DNA from: Massalongia carnosa
Taxonomy: Eukaryota
Direction: 5' to 3'
Assembly (NCBI GenBank): GCA_965645245.1
Contig: OZ287071.1
Span: 1,488,001 to 1,552,000 of the forward strand
DNA: 64,000 bases
Below, piece by piece: positions 1-13,807 of the stretch. Within the stretch, counting starts at the first letter, position 1. The number at the start of each line of letters is the position of its first letter. The position numbers and the translations under genes are program-made. The notes under the pieces were generated by a model. The model did not search any database and was not told the DNA's origin. It saw nothing but the letters and a program-made list of their open reading frames with translations.

Positions 1-308
1 AGTCTATCTATCTTTCTTCTATCCAGCTTGACTATGCTTTTCAACATCCATTTCGTGACCATTCGCTTGTTCTCTCATTGAGCCTTCTATTCCCTTGTTG
101 GCGATCAAGCAGTTCCAGACGTTACTCGACATCGTTTTTCAGTTGAGTGCATAAATCAATGCCTGTAACTGGGGTTTTCTGTTAAAGCCTTTTGAAGCTA
201 TCTCTGTATTTTCAAACCATACTAAGACTATTTTTCTACTCGCTTCTTCAACCTGAACATATCTTTTCCGGTTCTCTTTACCTACCGGAGCAAAATACGC
301 TGGTGATA

Positions 309-2715
309 ATGATATCGCTAGCAGACCTCCGTGAGTGTTGGGATTTTGCCTCTTCCCCTCAGGATCAAGACCGAACGCTTACGATCAAGTAAGCCGCTGA
401 TATTCTCTACAACATCTTCCCATATCTGAGTGCAGCCGAATTCCTTGCAGTAACGGCTTCTACTGTAAAGTCCATGTCTCAGTTATTAATTGGTTTGCTC
501 GCTTGCAAGCTGCCCTAGCTTACTTATGTGCTCGATCAGAGAGCTCTCTTTCCCTACCGCCAAGACCCTACATTCTGGCGTGCTCTGACTCGAAAAACCT
601 TTCGAATCCCCCCCCAACCTCTTCTTCAGGCAGATGGTGCTCGATGGCAATGGCTCTACAAGTATCTTCTCACTCGGACACAGCTCTTTACGTGGGGAAG
701 CGACGCCAATGGAAACCTAGGACCTAGAAATCCCGCCTTAGCAAATGGCAAACATCCTGAAAAAAACTCGTGGCCGAGAAGGGTGATCGTAGACGATGAT
801 GTTGGCGTGGTAGCGGATGTCCAGTGCGGGTAAGATACAGGCTTTCATCTCCCTTCACTGATTCGTCTCTTGGGCTTGTTTTTCACGATGTGGTTAGTGC
901 ACGTATGCGCTTGTTTTAATCTCTACACATTTTTTTCATTGGTTTTTGGCCTGCAATGATGGATAAAATGACGCTAACCGATAGCAAGGGGATGGTCCAC
1001 ATATATTCTGAACTCTATCGGGGTCATCTATATGTTTGGAATTTTTAATGGAATGGTTGACAATGGGTATAGCCCTTTAAAAAGGATGCTTATATTTCCT
1101 TCGGCATACCCTACCACTACGGCGTCAAGATACGAACCCAGCACAGCGATACAGCAGTGCTCTGCTGGCCGTTCCCATATTATAGGGCTTGCAGATAATG
1201 GCAACGTATGGCTGTGGACGAATGATATGGCTGTAGCTGTGCAACCTCTCGGTATAGATATATCCGGGGGAAGAGTGAAGAGGGTCGTCGCAGGTAGGAT
1301 CTGACATGGTTTCATAACCTAAACCTTCATTGATTAATTGAATAGGCTGGGATCGAAGCTCTATCTACGTCAATAGTGTCGGCATTCTGTATTGGCCCCC
1401 TGGGAAGGGATATTTGAATCAAGACGACTTATCTTCAAACATCCAACTTATAGAACCGGTGGTTATCCCAGGGACGGGGTATCGCCGAAAACGCAATGAT
1501 CGAATCCTCGATACGCTTGACTCTCGCATCGGCCAAGTCATTAATTACATTGTGCTAGAAGGTTACGTTGTCTTTACCACCGACCTCGACAAGATATTCT
1601 CTTACAAGACCCCCTACCCTCTTTCAGAGCAAGCTCTGCCCGAGCCCGTCGAACTCACCACATTTTATCCAGAATCCTCTCAGTCCTCGTTCGGCATTCG
1701 TGACCTTCAAGGCTCCTTCCGATCCTTCGCTCTTTTCACCAAATCCGGCGCCGTCCTCACGGCTTCCTGCCCCCTCCTTGATATCTTCCATTCACAGCCC
1801 AACACAGGCCCTCTCCCCCACCCCACAATCATTCCTGGGCTCCAGGGTCATTCCGTCATATCACTCGCTTTCGGCGACCACCATTTTCACGCCCTCCACG
1901 CTAACGGCACCATTTCATCATACGGCACTGAACCCCAGGGGTGTGGTGCGCTCGGACTAGGGCAGTACGGCACAGCAATTTTGCGCGGCGTCCAAGCCGG
2001 TTGGGGATTCTCCAGAATGAACTGGCTCCCAAATGGGAAGGGCTGCACTGTGTGGTTCGAGCCCTTAAAAAACCTTTGGCTCCGTGACATGTATAGGAAG
2101 TCCAATGAGGGGGAAGCTGCGGAACGCGGCGCCTTGCTGAATGTCGGCCATGGAGAGGCCCGCGAGGCGGTGGCGAGTTATTTCGAACGGGAGGGGAATA
2201 AGTGGGAAGATGGGGTGACGGCCGCAGGGGAGATTGGTGCGTACTTCGCACTCAAGGTCAGCGCGGCTGGGTGGCATAGCGCGGCGCTCGTACTCGTGGA
2301 TGAAGAAAAGGCGGCCATGGCCGAGCGGAAGCATATGATTAACAGCCAGTTACCAGCCGCGGCATCTTCGTTACAGAAACCTGATGACACCCCCGAACGG
2401 CAGCCTCCAGAGCCAAGAGAGGTTGCATCTTGGCTTGCGTGGTTTTCGGTGTTGTTGGTGCACGCCCTGCGCAGTTTTCTAGGTTTGACGGCTCGGGACA
2501 CGGCAGCCGCTGCAAATACGAGAGATCAATCTAGCCGTATTGAGAGAGTGCCGGTGGTAGAACGAATAAGGCGGAATCGCATCCTAGAAGGCGTTGATGA
2601 TGCGGATGAAGAAGAGGAGGAGAATGGGGTGTATTCGTGGTCCAAGGATCCATTCCCGAGACTACGGATGGCGAATGGTGAGGTCATGCCAGGTGAAATC
2701 GAGGTTATGGATTGA
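309..2715 (+). CDS. SAF1: SCF-associated factor 1 / Pof9-like F-box protein with RCC1-like repeats (multi-exon)
   Basis: ATG at 309. Spliced N-terminus reads MISLADLPADILYNIFPYLSAAEFLAV (F-box). Later exons contain TWGSDANGNLG, VISLAFGDHHFHALHANG and KVSAAGWHSAAL (RCC1-like). Last exon is ORF 1414..2715. Confidence 0.8.
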
Positions 2716-3066
2716 ATCCGAGTTGAGGCGATGGGAGGGGGCAAACTGTTGGCGGACGTGTTCTTTGACGGGGAATAGGATAATGGCTTAAGGGGGAAAA
2801 ATGACTATGGATGGATGGACGATGAAGGGAAGGGGTCTTTCCAATATGTACAGAAGCCCCACCATGAAACTTTGAGATTCGCCTTCAAATAGCCAGGATT
2901 TGGTCATAGCTGAGCGCTTTCCGTCATGACATCGTCAATAAAAACGCATCTAATTAACCTGCCCACACAAGAGCAGCAACGGAAGAAACCCTTGCAGATC
3001 CGGGCACCCCACTTTCCCAGCCAAACCAAACCCCCAAACCCCCTCCCCTGCCTTCCCTTTCCCCCT

Positions 3067-6000
3067 TCACAACTCAACATCCATCTCCGCCTCCGCTCTC
3101 TTCTCCGCCACAAACGCCACAAACTCATCCAACACGCCGGGCCAAGCGCCATCCTCACTCCACCACCCTAACGACTCATCGTCCAAGCTCTTCAGTGCAA
3201 ACACAAGCGTCTGATCCCACATGTCGCGGCTGACACCCTTCCGCCACCGGCCCTCCAGGTAGGTGATCCACCACTGCAGCCAGGGGGTCGTGGGCGAGTG
3301 CCACGCCAGCGACGGGGCGCGGAGCAAGAGCCGCCAATACTCGATGGCGACGTCGAGCGCGAGGGATTTCTGGCCCGGCGTGCGTGCGATGACGAAGGTG
3401 TGCTTGTAGACGCGCTTGAGGAAGTCGAGGTTGGCGTGGAGGGAGCGGCGGAAGGTGGCGACTGTGTTTTGCTGTTTGGGGAGGGTTTCGGCGCTATAGG
3501 GGGAGGGGAAGTTAGGCTAGGGGGGGAAGGGGGAGGGGGAGAGGTAGGAGACGATGTGGGTTGGTGGGATGGAAAGGGGGGAAAGCGAGGTTAACCCCCG
3601 GGGGGGGGACAGACTGGTATGTTTTCCAACCCTCGACGAATCCCTCTCGAGTTAGTTCGCCCATTGTTGGGGACGCGAGCTCGGTGAGAATGGCAAGGAC
3701 GACGGCTTCGTCAAGGTTGACGCCCAAATCACCTAGGTATCGCATGGAGCCCGCGACGCCTATCGAGTCCGGTTCTTGACCTGGATTATCTGCGTGCGTT
3801 TCTCTCTGGATTAGTACGATGGGGATAGTGCTGGCTGGAGATGATAGGGCGAAACTTTGCTCACCTCGGTACCGGTCGAAGAGTTTGTTCAGCGAGGTCG
3901 ATGCTCCAGATGCGGTTGAAGCTCCGGTCGAGCTCTGGAAAAACCTAAACTTGGATTGGGCGTTATCAGCTTGTGGTCTCTCACATGAACTTTCTTCTCG
4001 CATAGAAAAAACCCCCCAGCTCCAATTGTAAGGCTATTTCGCTTCTTCTGCATTTGTTTCTCCAGGGACGTCCGTATAATACTGATCCAATACCGTCCTC
4101 AAAGCAAAGAAAGTGCCATGGTGGCTATTTGCAGCGATGGTAGTAAAATTCTCTCTTGAAAATTCCATGTTCGGGAGAGTAATGTATCCCATATAGCATA
4201 TACTTCTGGTTAATGGCATGTTGTCTTCACCAACCGCTGAATGTGAAGCTCTTCTTAGCTACATCTTTGATCTCTTCGAAAACCAACCCTACTTCATATA
4301 TGGCTTGCGCGCCCCCACCTCGTGCGGCTCCAAATATTCAAACCCGTTTTTCCTTCGCGACTTCATCTCATAGAATGGAGTAATTTCCCCAAACCTGATC
4401 ATTAAGTGCAGGCTAATGCAAGACATACATAGCATCTTGTTCACCACTGCAGGAGGCGGCCTAAGTCGACCTTCTTGGTGCTTTTTCAAATCCGCCGAGG
4501 TATCGGAAATAGCAAGGTCGTCGCTCCTTGTAGCCCATGACCAGCAAAAGAAATCATAGGGTAGATTTTAAAGGTTTTAAGCATAGGTTCGCTGCGTAAA
4601 CCGTCATTCCAACTAGTCGAGCTGGTTTTGGTTTTGAGCACCGGTTGTTCAAATTCGTTCACCAATTCCAGGTCATGTAGAGCAATGTGACTGTGTGCTT
4701 TGAACATCATATTCCATGAATACACGTTCAATGATTTGCTCGATGACCTCTCTATCAAGCGAAGAGGCTGGCCCTTTTAGGAATCTTTGTCATTGTATGG
4801 CGACTCTAGTGAAAGCCTTCATTAAACTTTTGACAAAATGACTGATGTGCTTCATCTCCGGACAGATTAGAGCCTCCTTCACAGCCTTTGAAGTTAAATC
4901 CGCATTATAATGTAAATGCCCGTAATTTTGAACATCGCACCAACAATGCAAGCTTAAGCTGCACTCAGATGGAACCCAAGAATTTTATCCAAATACCCCT
5001 TTTCTGGAGAAGGTAGTCTGAACTCTTTATAGCAATATTCGTTATTATCCATTAAGTATCTGTTTCAGGAAAAAAACATAGGCCGCCAAGAGTAATGAGA
5101 AGCACAGAATTTTAGAAGCCCAGAGGTTGGCTCTCTAGTATTTCTATAATGGCTACCGTTTTGTCCCTTGTACGGCACAGAAGCATTATATAAGGTATTT
5201 GATGATCGGATGCTCTGAAACCTCCTAGTATCCCCAATAGCTCAGGAATAGACGAAGCATAATTCCCCAGAAGCTCTTATTAGCATACAGAACTTTTCAT
5301 GAGTAATCCGTGCCCTTGCTCAACGTCCTTATAGGTTTTAGAGTCTGAACTGTGTATGGATCTGAACTGGGAGATATTAGCGTCTCTCAATATGAGATTC
5401 AAGCCTAAAGAATTTCATTTTCAAAATTCTGGTTTGGATAGGCGTTCTATTTGATTGTAGTTCTGTTGCTGTTCAAAGGTACGTATTCCCTCAGTCCTAG
5501 AAACTGAAACCGAAACGCACGAAGATAGTCATAGATCTCGGATCTGTACATTATAGTTCGATAGGTCTTCTTATCGCCGCGAAATTATTCTTGATAATTC
5601 TTGATGTTGGGGTTTATACAGGCTAGATCTGTTCCCAAGTCCGATAGAGCGGCGGAAGAGGCCGTATTCATTCCCCTCATTCCCGCTCCACCATGTACAA
5701 TTTCCATAGCTATGATGAAATCCCACCATCAGGCCCGGCGTGAAGAGACATAGTTGGCTGCGCGACGCGGTGGAGTAACTTCAAAGAGTGGAAGACCCAC
5801 AGGCATCCAGGAGCCCACGAGGGAGGTAATGAAACAGGCATATGCCTGAAACAGATAAAAACTGCCATCGGCGCATAAAAATTAAAGTCAAAAATACGTA
5901 CGCATCTACTGCTTGCTCGACATTCCAGGCATGAGCTTTTAGGTGCTGTTCAAAGTTATCTCGTTAGCAATCTGCCTCTACCAATTTAAGATTCCGGAAC

Positions 6001-6167
6001 CATAAGCTTTTTGATTTTGCCCACCACGACGCAAATCTTCCTTAATATTGAAAGTTTAGAAGACATTCAGTTCAACCAACCTTTGCAGCAAGACTATCTT
6101 TGGCTTGAGTGAAGCCTACGAACTGGGCGATTGCCCCTTTCTGACTAGGGGTGTATGCGGTGGGCAT
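3067..6167 (-). CDS. DCN1: Defective in cullin neddylation protein 1 (UBA-like + PONY/DUF298 domain), multi-exon
   Basis: Exon 1 6167-6081 (MPTAYTPSQKGAIAQFVGFTQAKDSLAAK); exon 2 5945-5902 (HLKAHAWNVEQAVDA); exon 3 from 3944 (FFQSS...LNKLFDRYR). Later exons contain MRYLGDLGVNLDE, GELTREGFVEGW and WSEDGAWPGVLDEFV. Confidence 0.92.
3945..5901 (-). other. 1957-nt second intron of DCN1
   Basis: Donor GTACGT at 5901, branch-like GCTGAT near 3965-3970, acceptor TAG at 3945-3947. Joining GAT GC|G TTT TTC CAG gives the continuous DCN1 frame DAFFQ. Confidence 0.8.
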
Positions 6168-6643
6168 GATAGTAGGACTCTTGTCAGAGAAATGAATTCT
6201 ATCAGATGCGTGAAATGTGTGTAAGGGGTCAGTGGTGGTATAAGCAGTTAGGAGGACATCTAGAACTGAGTCAGCGCGATAGTGGCGATGATAAGGCTGA
6301 AACTTGGCGCGCTGTGACTTCGTCCTACAAGGCTGAAACAATTACAGTCGTGGCACGACCATATTAGGTCTTGACCCGGATGAGTTTACCGTTCGTTCCC
6401 CTCTTTAACAGTCCATGAGGAAGATTCATCGACCGAATTGTTCAAGAATCGTTCAAGAAGCCCTCGCATACGACGCAGCTTAACGTAGTGGCTAATAATC
6501 AAATAGGCTAATGCATTAAACACAGGCAACCAAGTCATCGTGATGATTCAAGCCCTCAGCAAGAACATTATACATTGACCCCTCTCCAATCGACACGCAA
6601 TTCAAAGCCAAACAGTCCGCTATGCTGACCAGGCACGCCCTCC

Positions 6644-9062
6644 CTACTCCCCCAAGGGCATGTTCTCCACCTCCTCGCTCAAGGCTCGCCAATTGTCAGC
6701 TTGCAGCTCGGCATACTTAACCCGCTCCTGACTCCAGTCTTGATGCAATTTGCTAACGTGATATTGAGATTGTTGGAAGAAGATGAGTTCGTCCCGGACA
6801 CATTCTTTGATAAAAACCCCACGGGCATGTTGATCGACGATGGATTGTTTGTCCTACATAGGATTAGCTCAAAGACCACCGACATGGAAGGTGAACCTAC
6901 GGCTCTAACCAGTTGCTCGAGCTTCTCCTGTTCTCCTGGCTTGATAGACGCACCCTCTGGTCTTCCCATCAAGCCTGCTAACTTATGTTCATTATTTTCT
7001 ATCCTTCGCTGGAGTTGAGGGATGTTATCTTTGGCGTAACGATCACGGCGATCAAACATGTCGCGAAGAGCAACCAGAGTGTCTCGTTGTTTCTTGAAAT
7101 CCTCCAACACACCTTCATCCCACGCCCGTGCTTCGTCCTCGAGCAAACTTTGGCTGGTCGTTAAATGCTTCGCTGTTGAGCTGATTCCTTCGTTCAGTAG
7201 TGGGACATCGTTGGTATCAGTGGCATATGTGCTTTCAGAAGCTTCGGTAAGAGCCATCAAGGCATGGGAAAAACGGAGGTAGTCTGCAGCAACCCCTTGA
7301 TTTCGTTTTGCCAATCGCTCTAGTAAAGTAGACAGATTAATGTACGCCTCGGAAGATTGTCGAACCCCACTTCGGACGGTATCAAAAGTATCAGAAAGGT
7401 TTGTTGGTAGGGAGTCTTCGAGACCTGGGGGAAGCGCTTTGCCAGTAAACTCGTCTTGAACCGAGATGGTCGCCTGCTTTCGCCATACCGCGAGCTCCTA
7501 GGGGTTACAATCAGCTTTGATTTAGGAGAATCGTTAGTGGACTTACTGTAGGGACTGTGAGGAACATAACTACAAGCTGTTCTTGACTCAGAATAGGGTG
7601 CCTGACGAGAGAGTTTGCAAACCGAACGAGGCCCCGTCTACGCTTCTCGATGAATGTTACATCGGCTGATAAATGCCTACCGTTCACTGAAACCGTAAAA
7701 TCTATCAGCAGAAACCTGATGGCTAAACAAGGGCTGCAGACTCACCAGCTACTCTTTTTGGTGGCAACAATGGGAGTTGTCGGAAAGGATATCTTTTATG
7801 CAGGCAATCAAGCAACCAGACGAAATCACTATATCTGCGTACCACCGTACTTGCTCTTCTTGCGCTCCTGACCTCGTAGTTACGATGCTGGAACATAAAC
7901 ATACCTTCCTTTTCGGGAAGCAAAGTGACCATAACAATTTCGTCAATGCTCCGATTTATTTGACGGTTACCACCGAGAGATCGTCCAATCGAACCACCCG
8001 CGTGGCCTCTCTGGTCATCTCCGCTGGACCCAAAACCTTCTCCACCAAGCCCGGGCTGTGGGATATTGGGATAATTGCTGGCCGTTCCATATGATACCCA
8101 TCCACCTTCGCCCACATCTCCGGGAGGATTTCCGGTAGGGCCCTCAATCATCGAAGCTGCTTTCGAGGTTTCATCCGCATGTGTCGTAAATGCGCTTGTG
8201 GTTCTCGATGGACCGTTTCCAACTGGTCTAGCGGTGGTAACACCGTTTGAAGCTGGGGTTGCTTCGTTGTTGACTGTATGTGTATGGCCTTTATGCATAG
8301 CAGGGCTACCCCAAGGATCGGCATCTAGATTCTCCAGAGAGTCCCTTCGTAGTCGTCTGGATTTGGAGGATGATGAAGCCGGGGGGGTTTCTTTCCGGAG
8401 AGGAGTTGAGGATTGACGCCGGGGAGGAGACGCTTCTTCTAGGTTATCAGAGACCTTTGCAGTATTCAACTGTTTAACAAATGGTAAAGAAGGCTCCGGG
8501 AGATCTAGAAGTTATTAGTAACACGTACGGGAACCTCTGATGAGAGAAAGCACGATGTTGTTTTACTTTTTCGCCGCTCGTCCACTCCGTCTAGCGTGAC
8601 TTCATCCTTTTCCTGCGATAAGCCTGTAAGAGCAAGTAGAACGTTGAACTCGCTCCGGCTCAGCCCCGCTTGAAGCTCTTGCCCGCCAGTAACTAGGTTC
8701 AGGATTTTCGCTTGTTCCGCTTCCTCCAAACCGCTGCCTTCGAATATCTTTTTTGCGCCTGAAAAAGTGATTGATCCTGAGCGAGTTTTGTACCCAGCTT
8801 CCAGCAATGCATCATACGCGTCAACGTAACTTTCTGGGACTTGTGACACCGGCAGCAGAGTTTTCACCATGTCACTCTTGACCGCCTTCTTCGGGGTGGG
8901 TAAACCCCACGGCGAAGGCCCAGCATCGGCATTGTCATCGAACAGGGAGGCGTTGGAAGCTTCGCCCAGTATTTGCGTATCATCAAACAACGATTTATGT
9001 TCGGATTGCATGGCCTGGCTGGTTACTGTCGAGTCATCGGGCGAGCTGCCAAATAGCGACAT
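6644..9062 (-). CDS. MVP1: Sorting nexin Mvp1 (EH-like N-terminus, PX and BAR domains), multi-exon
   Basis: Starts MSLFGSSP. PX motif LLPEKEGMFMFQHRNYEV...VVRRYSDFVWLLDCLHKRYPFRQLPLLPPKR. BAR region ends ...EVENMPLGE with TAG at 6644-6646. Confidence 0.93.
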
Positions 9063-9663
9063 GATTGGTCAAATAGAGGTAGCTCAACCATGCATTGTCA
9101 AAGTTTACAGTAGTTGGAAGCTTTCTCAATTACCAGGCGGATGCTTCACCAAGTAGTAGCAATAATCATAATGATTAACCGCGTAGACCAGAATTTTTAC
9201 TTTCATCTCAAGGAGAATAGTACGATTCATGACGAAGGAATTACGGAACAAGTCCTATCCATACGAGCCATATCAGCTTGAATGGCCGACCTTACCCTAG
9301 CTGCGTGACTGCTTACCGAATAGGGGGGATTTAACTCGGTGACGAAACTATGTCTAAAAGTCTACCAGAAACTATTAAAAAAAGTTCCCATTCCGACTCA
9401 AGCTTGCTGCGGTCTTGGTTGGCTTCGAGTTTTATTAGTTAGGGGTAAAAGGGTTCGGCCGATTTCAAAATCTGTAAGCCATCTCCACGTAAGACGATGG
9501 ATTGAATCATAATGACAATTCTGCTCTCTGTCCAACCAAGAAGCCGATTTGTTGGAATTAAAATGAGACTTATACAGAAGAAAGCGGTGAAGCTGAACCG
9601 CCGCCCAAGAGGGCGAGGTGAATACAGGAACAGAGGAACAAAATGGACGAAGGCATGAGATCC

Positions 9664-11093
9664 CTAAAGCTCTTTCTTTCCTTTGCCTGTCTCAAGAGTA
9701 CCGCGAGCAGCATTCGTGTGCCCGTTCTTCACCCCTGATTTGTTATCCAACATCTCGTCTTCGTCTTCATCCTCGCTCCGAATATCTTGCGCCACGTTCG
9801 CGAACACGACGTTCAGCGCAATCTTAACAATGAAGAAGAACCAGAATAGATTAATGCACTGCAGCACAGCCAGCAGACCAAAGGTAATCCATTGCGCGAT
9901 CCAGCATTTGTACTGCTCGGCAGCCCAGTCCAGCTGAAAGGGACCAACAGAGCGGAAGGTGGTGAGGGTAGCATAGAGAATAAGTAAATTGATGTAGTGG
10001 CGCAGATAGACCCAAACGACGATGAAGAGCGAGAAGTACGGAACCACAAAAGGCGAGGCGAGGTAATTTAGGGTTTTGGAAGTCTAGTAATCATTAGAAT
10101 ACACATGTGGCAAGCCAGATATAGGAATGAAGGATGATGCCTCTGGGAGGGGTGTAAGGAGCTCACCGCAAGGAAAAAATCGCTAATGTCATGCGTTATA
10201 TATACCGCCAAGCCCATATATCCGAAATGGAAGCGGTAACTTAGCCAAATCAGCGCCAGCGTAACGATATGATGGCCCACCAACTCCTTGAAGTCCTTCC
10301 GCGGCTTCTCTAGCTGCAAGCACAGCACAATGGCCTGCTGTGCCCAGTAGCTGGCCTGTAGCAAGTAGTAGGCCTTGAAGACGCCATCATGCGCACGGTG
10401 CGGAAAACCCTCAAACATTGCCTCGGTATCGAAGTACCATACCGGCGTCCGTGACATAACAAAAAGACCCAGGGGGCCAAAGACCCCAAAATACATTGCC
10501 GTGTAAACCTGCTCCATGAATCGGTTTTGTTTCGCGCGGGAGCGGATGCCGCAGTGTAGGGCAACCGGTCGGATCAGACGCTGCATGAGGAACTCACGCG
10601 TGAAAGACAAAACGATGATATAGAAGGCCACGAAGGCGAAGTCACGACGGCCTTTGCCAAAATAGGTTGAAGCAGCGGGGTCGATGCGGGCGGAAATGGG
10701 GATAAGGGGATCGGAGGGCAGCAGTCGATAGGAGAGAAAGATCGCGCTGTGAAGAGGATTTGATGGTGAGGGATGTATCATGTAGGCGGAGAGTGTGAGT
10801 AGGATCAGAACAAGTGGGTTGGCCCATGTGTGGCGAAATGAAAGGTCCTTCCATCGGCGGAAGAGGCTACGGGCTTTTCGACGTTTGGAGTGAGGACGGG
10901 GGGTTTTGGTTTGGGAATTACGCTGGTAAGGGGCTGGTTAGCAAATGACGTTGCATGGAGATTATAATCCTACTGGGGATAATGGCGGCGAGGTGAATGT
11001 AGGTGTAGGTTCAAGTGTGGACAACGCGGCTGCCCCTGTGTCTCCTCTCAGCTCAGCCCCGAGGCTGCTGGATTTCCGCTGTGGTCGAGGCAT
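9664..11093 (-). CDS. LAG1: Ceramide synthase (sphingosine N-acyltransferase, TLC domain; Lag1/Lac1/LagA type)
   Basis: Lag1p motif RKDFKELVGHHIVTLALIWLSYRFHFGYMGLAVYITHDISDFFLA; C-terminal DIRSEDEDE; ATG at 11093 (MPRPQRKSSSLG). Confidence 0.9.
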
Positions 11094-11494
11094 CGCGCTG
11101 TATACAAAATCTGGATTTCAAAGCTGAGATGAGAGAAAGATTTGAGCAATTGATTTAGAATCGGGCTCGAAACTTGTCGCGTGCGTACGAACCGATTTTG
11201 TAATTGTCTCCAGAAATAACAGATGGCCATTGCTTCACCAAGCATTCGATAAAACAAAGTAAGCTAGGGAAGCAGCACGGACCGTATACGACGATGAGTA
11301 CAGCATGGGTAAGACTGCAAGTGGACTCGAGAGAGGCAGAATGAGTAATTTCGCTTCTTGTCAGGAAGGCACAGAGTTCATCACCACGCGCCAAGAGATT
11401 GACTATGTAATGCAGATCACGGCGTTGATACAAACACGATTCATGAGCACCATATCAGAATCGCTGTGATAACCCTTTCAAACACTTCTTCCCA

Positions 11495-13481
11495 TTACTC
11501 TTCTTGATTTGCCATTGTCTTCCTATCCATCGCCGGCTGCTTCCCCTTCATCAAAGACCCATTCCTACTACTCACACTCGTCTCATCGCTCCCTTTTCTT
11601 CGCCCCAGCAGCCCACCATCCCCCAGAGCCCTCTTTTTACGAATGGGCAACTCTCCCTTCCCCGTCGTAAGCACGTAAAGAAGATATTTCAAGTTCGGCA
11701 ACGTATGTCTCTGATCCACCATCCGTAAACCTTGCCTGCTCATCAAAAGCTCAATGTCCGTGTTCAGAAGAAACACGGCGTACTCAAATCGAAAAGGCAC
11801 TGCGCCTTTCTGGTAAAGAGGAAAGGTCCTTGCAAGAAGAGAATGTAGACTTGTGGAGATGGGATCAAGTATTGTAGAGGTGGAGCCGTGCACAACAGGG
11901 GTGTAAGGAATGGGCGTGGAGAGGTAGAAAGAAAGGAGTTGAGTCATGTGGGCTACCAGAGACAATGCAGCGGCCGTAGCTGCAGGGTCCGCTTCCGTGG
12001 AAGATAAAGAAGGTGAAGTGGCGTTTGGGAGAGGAAGGCCACGAACAGTAAAAAGGAGAGGCTTTTTGGGCACGGGTTCAATAGGGTATATTTGTAGCAA
12101 ATCCTCACATACGCGGCGGATCTGGCCAGACAGCTCTGTTGCGGTATTTTGCAGGAGATTCCTCCGTGTAGATAAACTGGATTGAGCTGACGTAAGGTGT
12201 GATTGGGCTTTTTCTTGGGATCTTACTCCGGACACAATAGCTGCACGTCGAGTCTCGAGACTAGATTGCATATCAGATCGCCGGCTTTGAGCTGATTTAA
12301 GCTGTTTACGAGAAGTCAAGAGGGAACGCTTGCTCGCGGCCAGGGATTCTTGAGCCTGAGAAGCAGAATCGATGGTTTCGATGGCTTGCCGATGCTTGGC
12401 GAGCAAGTCTTTAATCTGGGCAGCGAGATTCTCGCGTGTGCTGAGCGCATCTTGAATACAATCGTCCAAGTTTGAGAGACGCATCAAGGCATCAAACGAA
12501 GACGTAAATTCTGCTCTATGAAATTGGGGCTTGGTACCTTTGGTTGTGAAAAGCACTGGCTCGTCCAATGGGAGATCTGTGAAACTCGTATAACTCCCAT
12601 CGAGCATATGAAAAATGATACAGTTCCGAGGAAATGGATGATGAAAGCTCTCCAGCTAAATGACCCCGTAAGCCTAAAGGCAAAGACACGGATTTAAAAA
12701 GGTTTCAACGCACCGTTTTACCAACAAACTGCAAGGAACGAAGGTAGAGCCGCAGTTCAATTAGCAAAATATATTTATCCATGCTTTCCGTACGTGCCCA
12801 GAATTTGATGGTCAATTCGTCTCGCCGAGTAATTGAAGGTCCATAGGTTTTGAGGTCAAAGAACCTAAAGCTTGGATTCATAGCCTTATTGACCACCTCA
12901 CTCACGTACACGGGCTCAGGTAGGTCGGCACAATGGATGGAGAACCAGGTATCTGCCATCCTACTTGCAGTAACATCCTCCAGCTTCTTCTGCCTAACTA
13001 CAGGAAGGGCGTTGGTCCAATTCAATGTACTCTTCCTCCTTAGCTTCCCAGCCAATGGCCTAACAGTTGCTGAGCTTTCCGCTTCCAAATCATCCTTCTT
13101 TAACAGTCCATTCAGCCTAGAAGGGGATTTAAGATCAACAGATGATCTGGAATGCTCAAGATTGTGACTCTCATGGAGCGCCAGCAGTTTCGTGGGCGAC
13201 CTAAAAGCATGAGGGAGAGATTCATCATCGATTGTTTTCCCGCGGGGTCGAGAAGACGGTCGACAAAGCGTCAAGTTACGTAGTGATATGCCTTGAAGAT
13301 GCCGAAGTTTTCGATTCTATGACGTGGCTTAGCTGTTTTCTTTTACGGTATCTGCACTGGCTAGATTTAATAGTAAACTTACACAAGGTAAAAGCCAAGG
13401 CCTGTCTTTGGAGAGGCTTTTGATGTTGGTAAGATTACTTGTGGTATTATCTTCGTGTTTTGAGCGGAGAGTCGAGGACAT
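11495..13481 (-). CDS. VPS38: Vps38/UVRAG, PI3-kinase complex II subunit, multi-exon
   Basis: Exon 1 MSSTLRS...RPWLLPC splices to NRKLRHLQGISLRNL. C2-like VYVSEVVNKAMNPSFRFFDL, a coiled coil, and RFEYAVFLLNTDIELL...HTLPNLKYLL. Confidence 0.85.
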
Positions 13482-13807
13482 GATGTGATTCGTCAGCGCA
13501 TCCTACAAATAACACTGGATGCGGCATGGATGGCATCATTCATTGAGCAAGTCTAATCCAGCGATATAGAACTATGAAGGAATGGTAAGCACGATGTGTA
13601 TGCCGTGTCTCTGCCCTGACGTACATAGCTTAAGAGAAAGTTCATCCCGTGAAATGAAATATCTAAGTTTGTAGCTAGATAAGTACGCTTCACAACACTT
13701 TAGCTGTTATCTTAAGCTTCCTTCCCCATCCCTCCACCAACCAAAGACCCTTCCCCATAATGTACCAGTAAATTTGATTGAAGCTCACTTCTTCGGTTTG
13801 ATAATCC

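Noticed and set aside
3945..5901. Telomerase RNA or C/D snoRNA in the DCN1 intron (the length resembles fungal TER)
   Set aside because: I found no TAACCCTAA-type template on either strand and no convincing box C/D pair on the sense strand.
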